In this document: one piece after another, positions 50,117 through 62,753 of the stretch | How positions within the stretch are numbered: the first letter of the stretch is position 1 | Layout: every line of letters begins with the position of its first letter | Assembly: GCF_018977255.1 (NCBI RefSeq) | Contig: NW_024704743.1 | Location: 39,186,001-39,250,000, forward strand | Direction of reading: 5' to 3' | Length of the DNA stretch: 64,000 bases | DNA from: Callorhinchus milii | Taxonomy: Eukaryota | Made by a program: the position numbers and the translations under genes | The notes under the pieces: model-generated | Seen by the model: only the letters and a program-made list of their open reading frames with translations | What the model was told of the DNA's origin: nothing | The model's database searches: none

Positions 50117-50969
50117 AATCTTAAATTAGAGCCAGGGCATTTAGGAATGAAATTGGAAGGCAGTTTTTCACCCAAAGGGTCGTGGAAATCTGGACATATT
50201 TCCACCAAAAACCTGTGGATGTTGGATCCATTCACATTTTCAAGGTTGAAGTGGATAGATATTTGTTAGGTCAGGGTATCAAGGGATTTGGGACAAGGGC
50301 GAGTAATTGGAATTGAGGTACATATCAGCCATGATCTTATAGAATTGCAGAATAGGCTCGAAGGGCTGAATGCCCTGTTCCTATGTTTTTCTGTTTAAAT
50401 GAGTGAATAAAGAATCTGAATGAATTCAGATATTAATTAAATTGTGTTTTTGATTAAAATCACTCTTTCCTGACCTAATTTCATTTCAGAATTTGGATCA
50501 TTTTTCACTTATTTCTCTCAAAGTATGGAGTATGGTACCACAGGCAATAATTATTCCCCAAGGGGCCATTTTTTAGGTATGAACATAGACAATAAGTATG
50601 AGAAGGTTATTAATCTGGAGTGTTGGGGCAAGGCAAAGCAGTTCAATCTAATTCTTCTCTTGTCCACACTCCATACATGCTTTTACTAGCAGGGATCACT
50701 AAATGATAATCGCGATTGAGGAAACCAATTTCATTTACTTCCCTTTCCTCAGGTCAATAAAGCTAAGAATAGTATCCCAACTGCTGCCCCGACTGAGATC
50801 AGGTAACTCGTACATCAATACATCTTGGCAATGCTCTTTAGGCATTGTGGGAGCTTGAGATAGGTTTTTTTAAAACAGAAAATGACTTTGGAGTCTAAAA
50901 TCCAGGTTGCGCCAACAGCCATGGGCTACTTATGTTCAAATGCATACCGATGACCTTAATTAGTAATGG

Positions 50970-51246
50970 ATAATAGTAATCCTTGCATTTGATATAGCGC
51001 CTTATCACGTCTTCGAGGTGTCTCAAAGTGCTTGACAAAATATATTGTAAAGTGAATTGACTATATATTTTGCGAGAGAAACAGCAGCGTCCCACAAACA
51101 GTCGTGGATTGAGTGACAAAATTATTTTGATGTATTTTGAAGGGATTAATACCCCCGGAAAAGCAATCCACCAATCGACTAACAACCAGGTTCCTACTTA
51201 CTGCTACGTAAACAGAGCCTTATGGAGTAAGGAAACTTGCCCAACA
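50970..51246 (-). mobile_element. tRNA-derived SINE (long subfamily), 5'-truncated
   Basis: atccttgcatttgatatagcgc..ccaggttcctacttactgctacgtaaacagag..tggagtaaggaaacttgccca. Confidence 0.85.
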
Positions 51247-53517
51247 TTTCTTGCATGTTGCCTGATGAAAATGAACTGATGAAAAATAAATCACTTAGTA
51301 GTTTACTACAAAAGTGATTCAATATGGTTTGTCCAACCTGTGTTTTAGATAATTTTATGTTGTAAAATTTACAACTCTTGTACCATGCTGTCATTCACCC
51401 AGTCCATGAAAATTTGAATTCACTTTTCATGATGCAATACAACAACTTGCATTTGTATAGCACTCTTCACCCGGGGCAGCATCTCTGAACATTTAATAAT
51501 AATCCTTGCATTTGATGTAGCGCTTATCACGTCATTCTGATGTCTCAAAGTACTTCACATAATATCCTGTAAAGTGAATTGACCTGGTATTTTGTAGTTG
51601 AAATAACAGATTGTGACACTGTGAAGTTCCCTGGATACTTAAGGCCATTCATTCATGGCATAGAACACTAGATAAGTTCAATCAACTTTCAGTCCAGTTG
51701 CTGTGGTCGAGAGTCCATTTCTGAGGCCCCTGATATTTCGAAGAAAAAAGCAGGCTACATGGAAAATTATTACTAGCAGTAGTTGTGTCAAGAGGTTGCA
51801 TAATTCACAGAAACCATCCAGGAAGCTTATTGACAGGATGGATTAAAAACATGAACTGACATGACTGTCATTTAAAAAAAAACAATTCCTGGTTTTTTCA
51901 ACAACTAAAAAAAGACCTTGAACTGTATGAAAGCTCCTGCACTTTCAGTTCCAGTGTGAGTGATAAACCCAATGTGTCATTTTCGATGCAAAGTTTATTT
52001 GTTTATCATGCCAAACTTTCTGACGGCTAATTTTAGAGTGACTCAAAAGATTCGGAAGATCTGCAGTCCAAACACACTGATTAAACTCTAAAGCATTAAC
52101 CATTATGCAAATTAAAAATCTAGTTCATTGTCCCTATTTCAGATCATGTTCACTTCAATTCCTTTAGTGCTAAGATTCTAGACAAATGATCAACATAAGG
52201 TTTTCTTTTGTGGAAATGAAGAGAGATAACTGAAACTTTTATGGTAAATGAACATAAATTCCCCTTTAAACTTGCCTTATGTATGTATCTGTGCATACTG
52301 ATTTTTTAAGTAAGTATATGTTTAATTTCCAATTTATTCCATATCTCCACTCTGATGTGATGTCTATTACCAAGCAGAATGAACTACTGAGCTTTATTTT
52401 GATATTGTAGTTGGCACTTTTGCTCAATTCACCTGATATCAGCAGGTTGACAAGAACAATATTGGCTACCTCTGTGAGACACCATGATCAGGACAGTATG
52501 CCTATGGGGCAGTACAACTGCATTGTGGAAAAATACACGTTTCATTTGTTTTGTGTGTGACACAAGGATAAGATTTGCGGGTCTCCTTAAAGTGTTCTTT
52601 AACTTACTTAAGAAAGGTTTTAAGGAGCACTGCCAGATAGCGCCCCTCTCCATGTTTGGGATTTGTCCCCCTCAGGATCCTAGTGCTGCCATTTTGTGTG
52701 ACTCTGAAGCAGGCAATTTTATATTGTAAATTGCATGCTTTATGTTGGGCTCTGGAATTATTTTTCTTTTTGATTTCCTATGGTTGATCTGCCTAGGAGG
52801 ACAGCAATCCATGCTGTCTTAGTCCACAACATTAATATTTATGTTATCATCTCAGGATCATCTGGAAGCCTGAGGGGAGAAACCACTTGCCTGGAGAGGT
52901 TTGCCACCTGCTAGTATTTCTTGGAGCATTGCTTAAATAACATAAGGAACACCATATAAAGAAAATTGTATATTTTACCCCCACTTTGGCCATTATACCA
53001 TATTGCATAGTTTAGTTTGCATTGTCCATTATTTATTTGATTTGGCATTCTGTTGTGCCCATACCATGACTTGATCACTTCTCATGTTTCAACCAATAAA
53101 AACAAATGCGCGATTACTTCCCGTATCTTGTGAGCTTCAATCTTCATTGCTTGGCTCGGTAATGAAGCTTAAAGCTAACAAGATGCAGGCTTCATGTCTG
53201 TTGCTGACATTAAGTGTGCTCTTCCTGTTATCATAATATTTCACACTAAGGAAACTGGGTCTAACATTATTTGATTTCCCCTGACATGTTCTGAACATTT
53301 GGTCCTGAGAAGTAACACACAACTTCTAGTTTCTCGCCCATACAATTGTGTTCATAAGCAATCTGGAATAGCTCACATTTCAGACTCATTTGGGTGCTGT
53401 TCAATTTGGGGTTAACATGGTGCTAAGAATTGTGAGCGATGAAAAGGTTTAGATAAAAGTTTAGCTGTATGTATCAGATGTCTCCAGAATAGTCTAAACA
53501 TATCTTTCTATCAGGAA

Positions 53518-53790
53518 TCTGGTGTCACAGTAGGTTAAAACATGTTTATTTTGCCTCTGAGATCTGTGGTTGAATGTTTGAGGCCAGCCTGGGATGAAGA
53601 TCTGCTTGCTTTCTTTGGTTATTACAATATTAAAGTGAAAACATTTTGGGCAACTTCAGTAAGTCCAGCGCGCACAAAATCACAGCACAACTTAGTTTAG
53701 GTGATATTGAATTGGCATCTTACATGGGAGGCTAGCAGTTATTACTTTGCATTATATTGTCCAGCAGGGCTTTTGGGAAGTTGTGTTTGT
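53518..53790 (+). mobile_element. Possible LF-SINE-like ancient SINE
   Basis: ttgcctctgagatctgtggttgaat..gtgaaaacattttgggcaacttcag..cacagcacaa..aattggcatct..cagcagggcttttggg follow the motif order I recall for LF-SINE; highly diverged. Confidence 0.35.
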
Positions 53791-54264
53791 CACAGAGAAC
53801 ACTTGGATTGTTATAGCTTCACATTTATTTAAATTCTAAATTTATCGAACCACACCATATCCATACTGTCAGTGGGATGTCATTTGGATTTTGTGTTAAC
53901 GATATGTTCAGACACAATTACAGGTGTGTTTGCTTATGTAATTATCAACCAATGAAAAGGATTCCTAGTAGTTCTGTATTCCTTTTAGTTGGTTGCCAGT
54001 GCCACAAATAATGGCATCTGTAATTCTCTCTTTACATGGTTAACACAGATTGGACATTTTCTCCAGGGTGACACTGATGCTGTCCGTATGGTGTGGGAAA
54101 TGAAACTTGTCATTTCATACTCCTCAACTTGAGCTGTAGCTGACCTGGATCTGTTTAATAGTGACACAGTACAAATAGTGAGACATTGCTCTATTTCTCA
54201 GCAATAAGTAGGCATGGAGAGGATTGCTCTGATCATTGGTAATGTTACCAACCTTAGGGGAGTG

Positions 54265-54767
54265 TGTTTGATTCTCCTGTTCCAAAGACAGGCATGTCCA
54301 CAGTACTCCAGGTCACTGTTGATAATAGACCAGGCATCTTAGCTCCTCGGCAGCACTCGGGGGGGGGAGGAATTCTTCTCACTCAGCTGCTGTTAACCCT
54401 GTAAGCCAAAGTTCTAATGAGGAGGATGATCCGAGCTAGACAAACATTGGGAAGCTTGCCAGCCAGTGCTGCCAATGGCAAGCTATGCGGTTTTAGCTAG
54501 TTAAACTCCAGTAGTTACTTAAACTCCTATAAACCCCAACAAAACTCTGGGGAACCCAAGCCTTGACTCGCATCAATCTGCACCTAATACTCTCTGGAAT
54601 TAAGAAAGAAGAGTACATTCCTCTAGGGAGTGAGTGCAGATTCCATTCCAGATATAGGGAAATTTCAAGGTGTAGGTGCCATATACATATATAGAATTCT
54701 CAGTCTTGTATCGATACTCTTAAAGATGGTGATGGATTTCCACATGTGTCCGGCATCCGGCCTACCA
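54265..54767 (+). repeat. Unclassified ~500-bp interspersed repeat, copy 2
   Basis: Collinear with 34855-35362 (ctcactcagct..gttaaccctg, ctgcacctaatact..ggaatta, ttccattcca, gtgatggatttccacatgtgtc). Confidence 0.8.
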
Positions 54768-56899
54768 AATCTGTTTTAAAAATGGTTCTCTGCTGATCAG
54801 TAAATTTGCACTTGGCAGATTAATTTCTATTGAGAAAATCCTGTTGTAAGCAGCCAAGTACTTTGAGCAGCAATTGGAGAAAAATAACTAAATTCTTCCA
54901 CTCACTTAACACAGCTGCTATCCTATAAACAACCTTCAAACAGTCTTTATTTTGATTCTAACAGGAAAATGTGCACACACATACATGACAAATACAGTGC
55001 AATACAATATAATACAAACTTACATTTATATAACATCTTTCATGTCTCAAAGCACTAGACACTGCTGGCTGGGCACTCGAGCTGGGGGTAAGAGCCTAGG
55101 GGAGGGAGGAGGGGTAAAATGACTGAAATCATGGTCAAAGAGGTTTGTCTGGAGACTATAATTATCAATAAATAATCAAAGATAATAATGTAGGTTCATT
55201 CGGTAGCTCTAATCCGTTTAAATCTTTTAATGTGCCTGTGAAGAGTGGGTTTATTTATTATTATATAAAAACAATAAAACATGGCATAACAGTTTTCCAC
55301 AGGAAATTGTCTAGAGTATCTATAAAGAGGTGTCCTATCTATAATCTTGATTTGCCTGATGCTAATAATCTCACCCAGGCACAGTGTACATTCATTCTCT
55401 ATTATAGTTTCTTATACAGTACTTTGGTTTGGATGTGAGTGTAGCACTCTACTGCATATGCCTAAAGGGAGTAGGTTCACCAAGGTTTGATATATGCATT
55501 ATTTATGCTCTTGTGTAACAGATCAGAACTCATAGACTTATATCCTTGGACTTTTATTACTCCTGTTTCAGTAGTTGCCTCAAAATGGAACATTCCATTT
55601 ACCCAAAGTACTTCTCTTATTAATAAAACACAACTTAAAGTATGTGTTGCCAATTGGCAGCGAATATGTTCAAGAATTGAAGTTCATTAATTTCTAACAA
55701 AACAACAGCAAAGCTTTCACTAGAAAGTAAAATCCAGCAGTCAGCTAAATGTTTCCAGTTCGAGCAACTTCATGAAGAAACATAAAATATTCTGTGCTCC
55801 CAGATGCAACATGTGATGTAGAATTATCCCTTTACTGGAAATGATGGTCCAAAACAGTCTTTAATCATAGTTGATTGATTTTGATGTGACTTGGAGGAGA
55901 ATTTGAAGGTGGTGGTGTCCCCATGATGCTGCTGCTCTTTAAGATGGCCCCACCTCGACTACAGTGCAGTGGTTTGCCCTGAAGCTGTCTTAAGCCTCTG
56001 ATGCCTAACATTGTTAACGGAATCCATAGACTGTAGCGGTTTCAACCCCTCCTCCCAGGGTCCTGGTTCAACTGGATCAGTATTGAAACATGGGCAGCAA
56101 AAATAGAAGCGGAGGCTGGAGGCTTCGGCTAGATTTTGACCAAACCATCATGTCAAAGTCCAGGGGGACATTAATCAGCCTGGTTACACCTGAAACCAGT
56201 AGAAAATGACGGACTGTTTTGGACCACAATTATAGGCACCGGTGATGATTATTATATGATGTCTAGTATTTTCACCCCTACAGTGTTACACTTTGTAGAT
56301 TTTATAATAATTAGCATTATGTGGTACACATAGCTGCTGATTGGTAAAAAGGGATTTCCTGAATGAATACCTGGAAATTAGTAACTTTACCAATTAGCAC
56401 ATTTTCCCTGTAATGTTTAGGATCTGTTGTGCACTACATTGGTTATACTATATGTCTTTTATGCAGGGAGGAGAAGGAAGACAGTAATATTTCTTGCTGT
56501 TGACAAGACTAGACAAGACTAGAGAAATCCCCAACTGGAGTCTAAACTAGCATTGCTGCAAATTGTTGCAACCAGAATTGTACTGATAACACTTTCAACA
56601 GAACAAATGTTGCAACATTTCTCCTTTGAAGTTATGCTGTAGGAAATTATGCTGCAAGAAATTGTGCTGCAGCTTTCAGGACTAGAACTGAAAAACACGG
56701 TAGTGGTAGCCAGATCCCTATCCTGACCCTTAACCTAATGGACAAACAGGAACCTAACAGTAAGTACAATATATGTGGTAACCAGAGCGCTGAGGATTTA
56801 ACAAGGTTCAAGAGGCAAGAAGTCAATGTGAAATTGTATACACTGGAAATCAACAGAAGCTGGGTAAAGGCAATATGCTAAGCCTGCCTGATTTTTTCT

Positions 56900-57128
56900 A
56901 TTCTTTATTAGGATCTAGGGAATGTTGGTGGGGTCAGCATTTATTACCCATTGCTGGTTGGCCTGAGCAGGTAATGGAATTGTAATGCACATGGTGCAAG
57001 GTGGGGCCTCTGTAAATCGATGCACTCCTTATGGGGTTGATGTTGGGCAAGTAGTTTATTGATTTTGATGTGACTTGGAGGGGAATTTAAAGGTGGTGGT
57101 GTTCCCATGATGCTGCTGCTCCTTAAGG
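56900..57128 (-). mobile_element. CR1-like LINE 3' end (antisense), internally deleted
   Basis: cagcatttattacccatt..gtgacttggaggggaatttaaaggtggtggtgttcccatg resembles a LINE 3' end common in cartilaginous fish (recalled). Confidence 0.55.
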
Positions 57129-59789
57129 TACCTAATTTGTTGCAGTCTCATATGGATAATTTACCAAGTAGTTTTGGGATGGAAGGATGTATAACATGCC
57201 ACTGCAGAACGTTGTAATGAGCAGTGTATTGTGTAGAATTCTGAAGAGCAATTCTCTCTTCACGATGACTATTGTACTCTCCAGTTGGTTCCTCCAGTTT
57301 CTCTTCACATCTGATTGAATTGTTCAGTCAAGATCACTTTTAAGGAATAAAATACCATTAAAAATTTATAGAAATGTTTTGTGTTAATATTTTTCGTTTT
57401 GCAAGCCACATGTGTACAAAGAACAGATTGGGCTGGGAGGGGGGACGATTGCAGGAGGAAAGTGATAATCCTTACTGGTCACAGGGAAGAACTGGACAAC
57501 AGAGCCAAAATTGCCACAATGCAAAACCGACTGGTGATTAATCTCTGCTGTTCATTGCAGAGTTTGAATAAAGCCTTGAGCAATATGTGCTGAGTTCACG
57601 ACATTGTATCATGGGCTGGGCCTTGAGAACATACAGTATTTTTGTGCATAGGTCATATATCTCTATGGTATGATATTTAATTACAAATGTCTTCAAACTC
57701 ACAAGCAGCCATAATTTCAATATGCTTTTGAATCTTTTTCTTTTCTTGTTCTTGGCATTATATTATCCTTTGTTAATTTTTCAGCTTTATTGGACTTTTA
57801 CACAATTTGGCTGCTAATTTATGCAATGAGGATTGATGTATTGAGATGCAGGTGGGATGAAAGGAGATGGCACCTCAATTGAATGAATGTTTGGAGCAGC
57901 TACCTAATAACAGAATGCTTTCGGCAACTTGAAGTGAAACTGTGTTCGATGAGTGTGCTTCCAAACATTAAAGCTCTTTAAAAGAAACATAGGTGTAAAA
58001 TTTGTACTATTCCTTAACATATTCTTTAAATTAAACCTCACGTTATCGATACACTTAACTGTGTTTACTGTGAGCTCAGTATTCCCTGCTCAGACTAAAC
58101 CTATATTACATTTATGTGGCACTTCCCATGTCTCAAAGCACTTTATATTCTTGGTTGTACACCTGAGCTTTGAGGGTGAGGGGAGGGAGTAGATGATCGA
58201 AAGCATGGTCAGAGAGTTGAGTCTTAAGGCTGGCTTTAACCTGACTGGCCACTGGAGGCATATTTTTCCCTCTTCCCCTCAAGTGCTCTGATTTTCAAAC
58301 TGATCCTTCGATATCTTGGAATTTTAAGCTTTGAAGGTGACAGATCAGAGCATATATTTTTTGTTTCTTTTAAGATCAGGTACACATTACATTTGTTCAA
58401 AGATTTCGTTTCTGGGCTATATCTATATAACATAATCAAGGTCTGAGCTTCACTGGGCACGAGGTCTCAACCTGAATTATGAAATAGCATTTTCTAGCCC
58501 ATTGTGAGTGGGATTTTTCAGCAGGCAACTGAAGTTACAGCCCAGAAAATAAGTATTGAAACAAACAAGGGGAGGGGTCACTGCCCCCATTTGCCAGTTG
58601 GTATTTTACAACAGGTTTAGTGTGAGTTAGGAATGCTAAGCTTGTACTTATAAATGATGGCTGATTTAAGGAATGTATCAAAGAGTACCATGAATTTTAT
58701 CTTGTGTTTTCAGGCAGGTTAAATTCCTCAAACAAGTAGCCAACAGAACAAGCTGTTCTGTAATTCCCCTGTTCTGTAAATTCCTGAGCCTATATCTAGG
58801 TTACTTTACATTTGCACTGCAGCTTAAACGCTTTCAAAGCAGTATCTATTTTGTTATTTCCTTTGGAACATGAAGATGTAAATGTGACATTTTGTGGCAG
58901 ATTTCATAATATCTTTGGTAATCATTGAATCTGTTGTGAAGTGTTGCCTTTTTCATCCCAAGATGTTAAATCTCTCCCTCCCTCTTTGAGTTACAGGTTC
59001 AGGTTGGTTTGGGGGGTAAATTGCTCTTAGATATTTGCCAATCTTGCAAGCTGTTTGGAGATATGTTAGATTGGCCTCTAATTTGCTCATCCTCCTCGTG
59101 AGATAAATTAAGTTAATTAGCAGTGAGTTTTAACATGAAATTTTCATCTTCAGAAACTGCAGTCTTTAATGGGGCCTATTTGCCTTAGTGTGGCACTCCT
59201 CGTTATCAAATGCCTATTATTATACAATCTACAAAACTTTCTTGAACACTTTATAATCTGAAACCTACTGAGATCTGCATTTTGCACGTGGGTCTGCCTC
59301 AACAAAATGCAGATGCTTTGCCTGGGAAAGAATAGTACGGGAGCTGTATGAGAATTTGCCTGGCACAAGAACATATTTGGAAGCCACCCTGCTGTTTTGG
59401 TCACTCTGGCTATCCAGGATGTGGTCGTGACTGGATTGAAGGATCTAGACCTCTGTTCTCTATTGTGCCATCCCTAGTGCATCACATGGTTTTAAAATCC
59501 TTATCCAAAGATTGCAACAAAGGAGCGAAAAATGTAATTGAAATGAACTATGTTTATGACTGTTGCAAAACAGTGAAACATTAATAGAGATTGTAGCTAA
59601 CTTCTTTTAAAATTGTTCTTTTATCCTTTACTTCAGAACTATAATAACTTGATCATTAAGGTTCAAGTTTCCTAGTAATGTGACCTTAACAGTCTTTTTC
59701 TTGTTATTTGTTCTGCTAATTATTCTCTTCCGGTTTGCCTTCTCTCCTCTAATCCTGAGGGTGTTTGACTCTTTTTCCCTTCTAATGGG

Positions 59790-60015
59790 GTCCACAACCA
59801 TGGGTGCCATTCAGTGCCACACCCAAATAACCAGGCACGAGCCTTCAAAATGAGTGTTGGCAGCTTACTCAACTTTGGGTATAACACAGCCAAACTTGAT
59901 CCAGTCTTTCCCTTATTTTCATTAGTTATATATCTTGGAGAGGAATACTCAAGATAGCACTAACGGATGGGAACCTTGGCTGAATTTAATCTCCCAACTA
60001 GGCGATTGAAGCAGC
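59790..60015 (-). mobile_element. Ancient SINE fragment related to 48258-48502
   Basis: Reverse complement reads attcagccaaggttccc..ggctgtgttat..gctgccaacactcattttgaaggctc. Confidence 0.45.
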
Positions 60016-62024
60016 TTGATCTTAATATTTCTAAGCTTTGCTACATTAATGTAAGTTTGTGCATCTCAGTCCTTCCACTCTACATTACTGTTTCACACAG
60101 TAAATACAGTGCTATAGGAAGCCATTGCCACTTTTCAGAATTCTCCCTCTTCTCTCAACAAAAGTAGGAGCAAAATATACAAATTAGGCAACCACCGTCT
60201 GTTTAGATACAGACTCATAGAAATATTTCTATTGCTGAAAAATTGAGGGAAACTCTAAAAGAACTTCTTTCAATCAAAATTCATCCTAGCCAATTCCACA
60301 TGTCAGCATTGTACCAGATGGCAGATCTCCACTCCGACCATTGAAAGAACTCTGAAACTCAGAAACATCCACTTGCACAAAATGAACAGTTGTACAGTGT
60401 CCAGCCACCTTGTGTTCAAACCATTGAAAACATTGCAGGTCCTCAATGACATTCTGGTCTGAAAATTGAACTTACATTAATGTTCAAAGCAGCCCTTGCG
60501 GAAGCCTCACTCTTCAAGCCTGAACATTTCCTCACCACTTTAGTGAGCTGCTCACCATTTCAGATGAAATCCCTCATATTTCCCTTTGCTCCCCAATGGT
60601 GAAATTGTCATTAATCTGCTGTGTAGTGACCTTCTTCATCCTTGTGACAAACGGCCACTGTGATTGCCTCAAACATGCAGCCGCCTGGACTGACTAGCTT
60701 GTTTGCATGTGCAGAGTGTGTTTAGAAGACTGAGAGGGAATGTGCGTTGTATTTGCAAGTAAGGAGGGGAAGGAAGAGGGTAGTGAGCAGGAAGAGATGG
60801 GGAGATGGAAGGGGAGAGGGGAGAAGAGAAGGGGAGAAGGGAAGACAGAGGAGGCCCGAAAGACTCAGAGTGTACTAACCCACAGGGGGATGGGATAGCT
60901 ATAGAAAGGAGGCAAAGGCAAGAAGTGATACAGTGAAAGGCACAGACATGGAGACAAATGGGAGTCAAACACTCATTTATAAACAGAGCCACTTGAGACA
61001 AACAGCTCATTGCTACGGGTCTTCATTCCCATGTAAGATTCTTATCACCTGTCCTGGAATAGGCCACTTTACCAAATGGGAACAAGATTTAAAAAAGTGG
61101 GAACAGTTAGTGAGTATGACAATCATAATCCAATATCATCTACACCTTCCACGCTGCACTCTTGGAAGAGTTGATTCACAGGTCAGTATGACTTAGAAAG
61201 GGAAATGCTTGAGAGATGTACTGAACAGGGATAAAAGTTTTATGTTTCGTAACAGGTTGGATGATGAATCAACATGGTTAATCAAATCGGTTATGAAACT
61301 TCACATTTTTCCAACCATTGCTAAATAGCAGTGATGGAACTGACCTACATTTTAACACAATCGTTCCTGGTAGGTTTGATAACCAAAAAATTACCATTAT
61401 TTTGCCTACAGATCTGAGCTTGTTTTTCGATCCTGGAGAGAGCAATTGGAATAAATTGGAGTCACCCGCTTCCCACTTTGCCAACCATGGCAAAATAGTT
61501 GACACTTAATGATTAAAAGAAACTTCCAGAAAACAGGCTTCAAAATTAAGATTGAATTTAAGAATTTTCTAAATTCTGGATGCTCTGAAATGGAATAAAC
61601 CGAGACCCAAGTGGAATTTCTACCTCTTCTTCCATATAAGAGCACTTGAGTTGAGGGAAAAAAATCCTTCCTAAGATTGAAAAGGGCAATTAGTGTTGGA
61701 CCAGAAAAATAATGATATTAGGAAGGAGTTAATATTTTAAAGGGAAGTAAATCCATTTACCTCACACACAGATGCAGATGATGGATCATTAACAGATTGC
61801 GAAAGAGGCATTGTTAGGCTGCATATAATACAAAGGTAATCTCAGAGAGAAATCAGATATACATCTTTGGAAGACAAAGGCTTAAGAATGACATTAATGA
61901 TGAGACAACAGAAAAAAGGGTGTGAATCATTACAACTCTTGTCTTGTAAAAAAAATGCCATCATAAGATGCGGATTGTAACTGGAAGAATTATGCAGGAA
62001 GCTACGATGTTTTTACTAGAACGT

Positions 62025-62260
62025 TATTAGAATATGGAATACTCTGCCACAAGGGGCTAATAAAGCTAACAGCATGATGGCATTTAAAAGAGAATTGGGT
62101 AAATAATTGAAAAGGAACAGAAAAAGGAAAATTTGGAAAAAGCAAGCAATTGGGATTGTGGTATTTTGGTCCAGTGTTAGTGCCAGCATCAGTGAGTTCA
62201 TGAGTTCAAAGGGACAGAAAGATTCCTTCTTTACTGTAATTTCTATGATGCCATGATTCT
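62025..62260 (+). mobile_element. CR1 3' end
   Basis: VIRIWNTLPQGA..MAFKRELGK, ending ttccttctttactgtaatttctatgatgccatgattct. Confidence 0.78.
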
Positions 62261-62351
62261 AGGAGTCCAAAGATACGAAAGTCAGAATTGAGTGGGAAGC
62301 AGAGATGATCTCTCAAGTTTCAGGGAAGTCAGGATCATGCAGAAAATAGTT

Positions 62352-62753
62352 AATAATATTGATTTAATATGGTGCCTTTCACACAAGGAGGATGTCTCAA
62401 AGAGCATCATAGGATTTTACTGTGAAGTGCAGTGACTTGTGTACATTGTAGACAAACACAGCATCCAATTTGTGCACAGCAATGTCCTATAAACAGCCAT
62501 GAAATGAATTATCAATTTTATTTGGAGAAATGTTTGGCAGGACACTGGTAGAAACTCCTTTAACTATCTTAAGAGTCCATCTGAATAGGCAGATGGACCT
62601 TGGTTTGCAATCTCATCCAAGGGATAGCACTTCCAACAAAGCCGTTACCCCAACATGGCATTGGTGTGTTAACTTAGCCTTAGACAGAAAGACTTGAATC
62701 CGCAACCTTCTAATTCAGAGGTGAGAATGCCACTAACTGAGCTAGGCTGACAC
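62352..62753 (-). mobile_element. Old Deu-domain SINE, near full length
   Basis: cctttcacacaaggaggatgtctcaaag, ccaatttgtgcacagcaatgtcc, gtccatctgaataggcag, ttgaatccgcaaccttctaattcagaggtgagaatgccactaactgagcta. Confidence 0.78.

Noticed and set aside
60300..60700. Faint Harbinger transposase-like peptide resemblance
   Set aside because: Hints fall on conflicting strands with no intact catalytic motifs; cannot be supported without a profile search.
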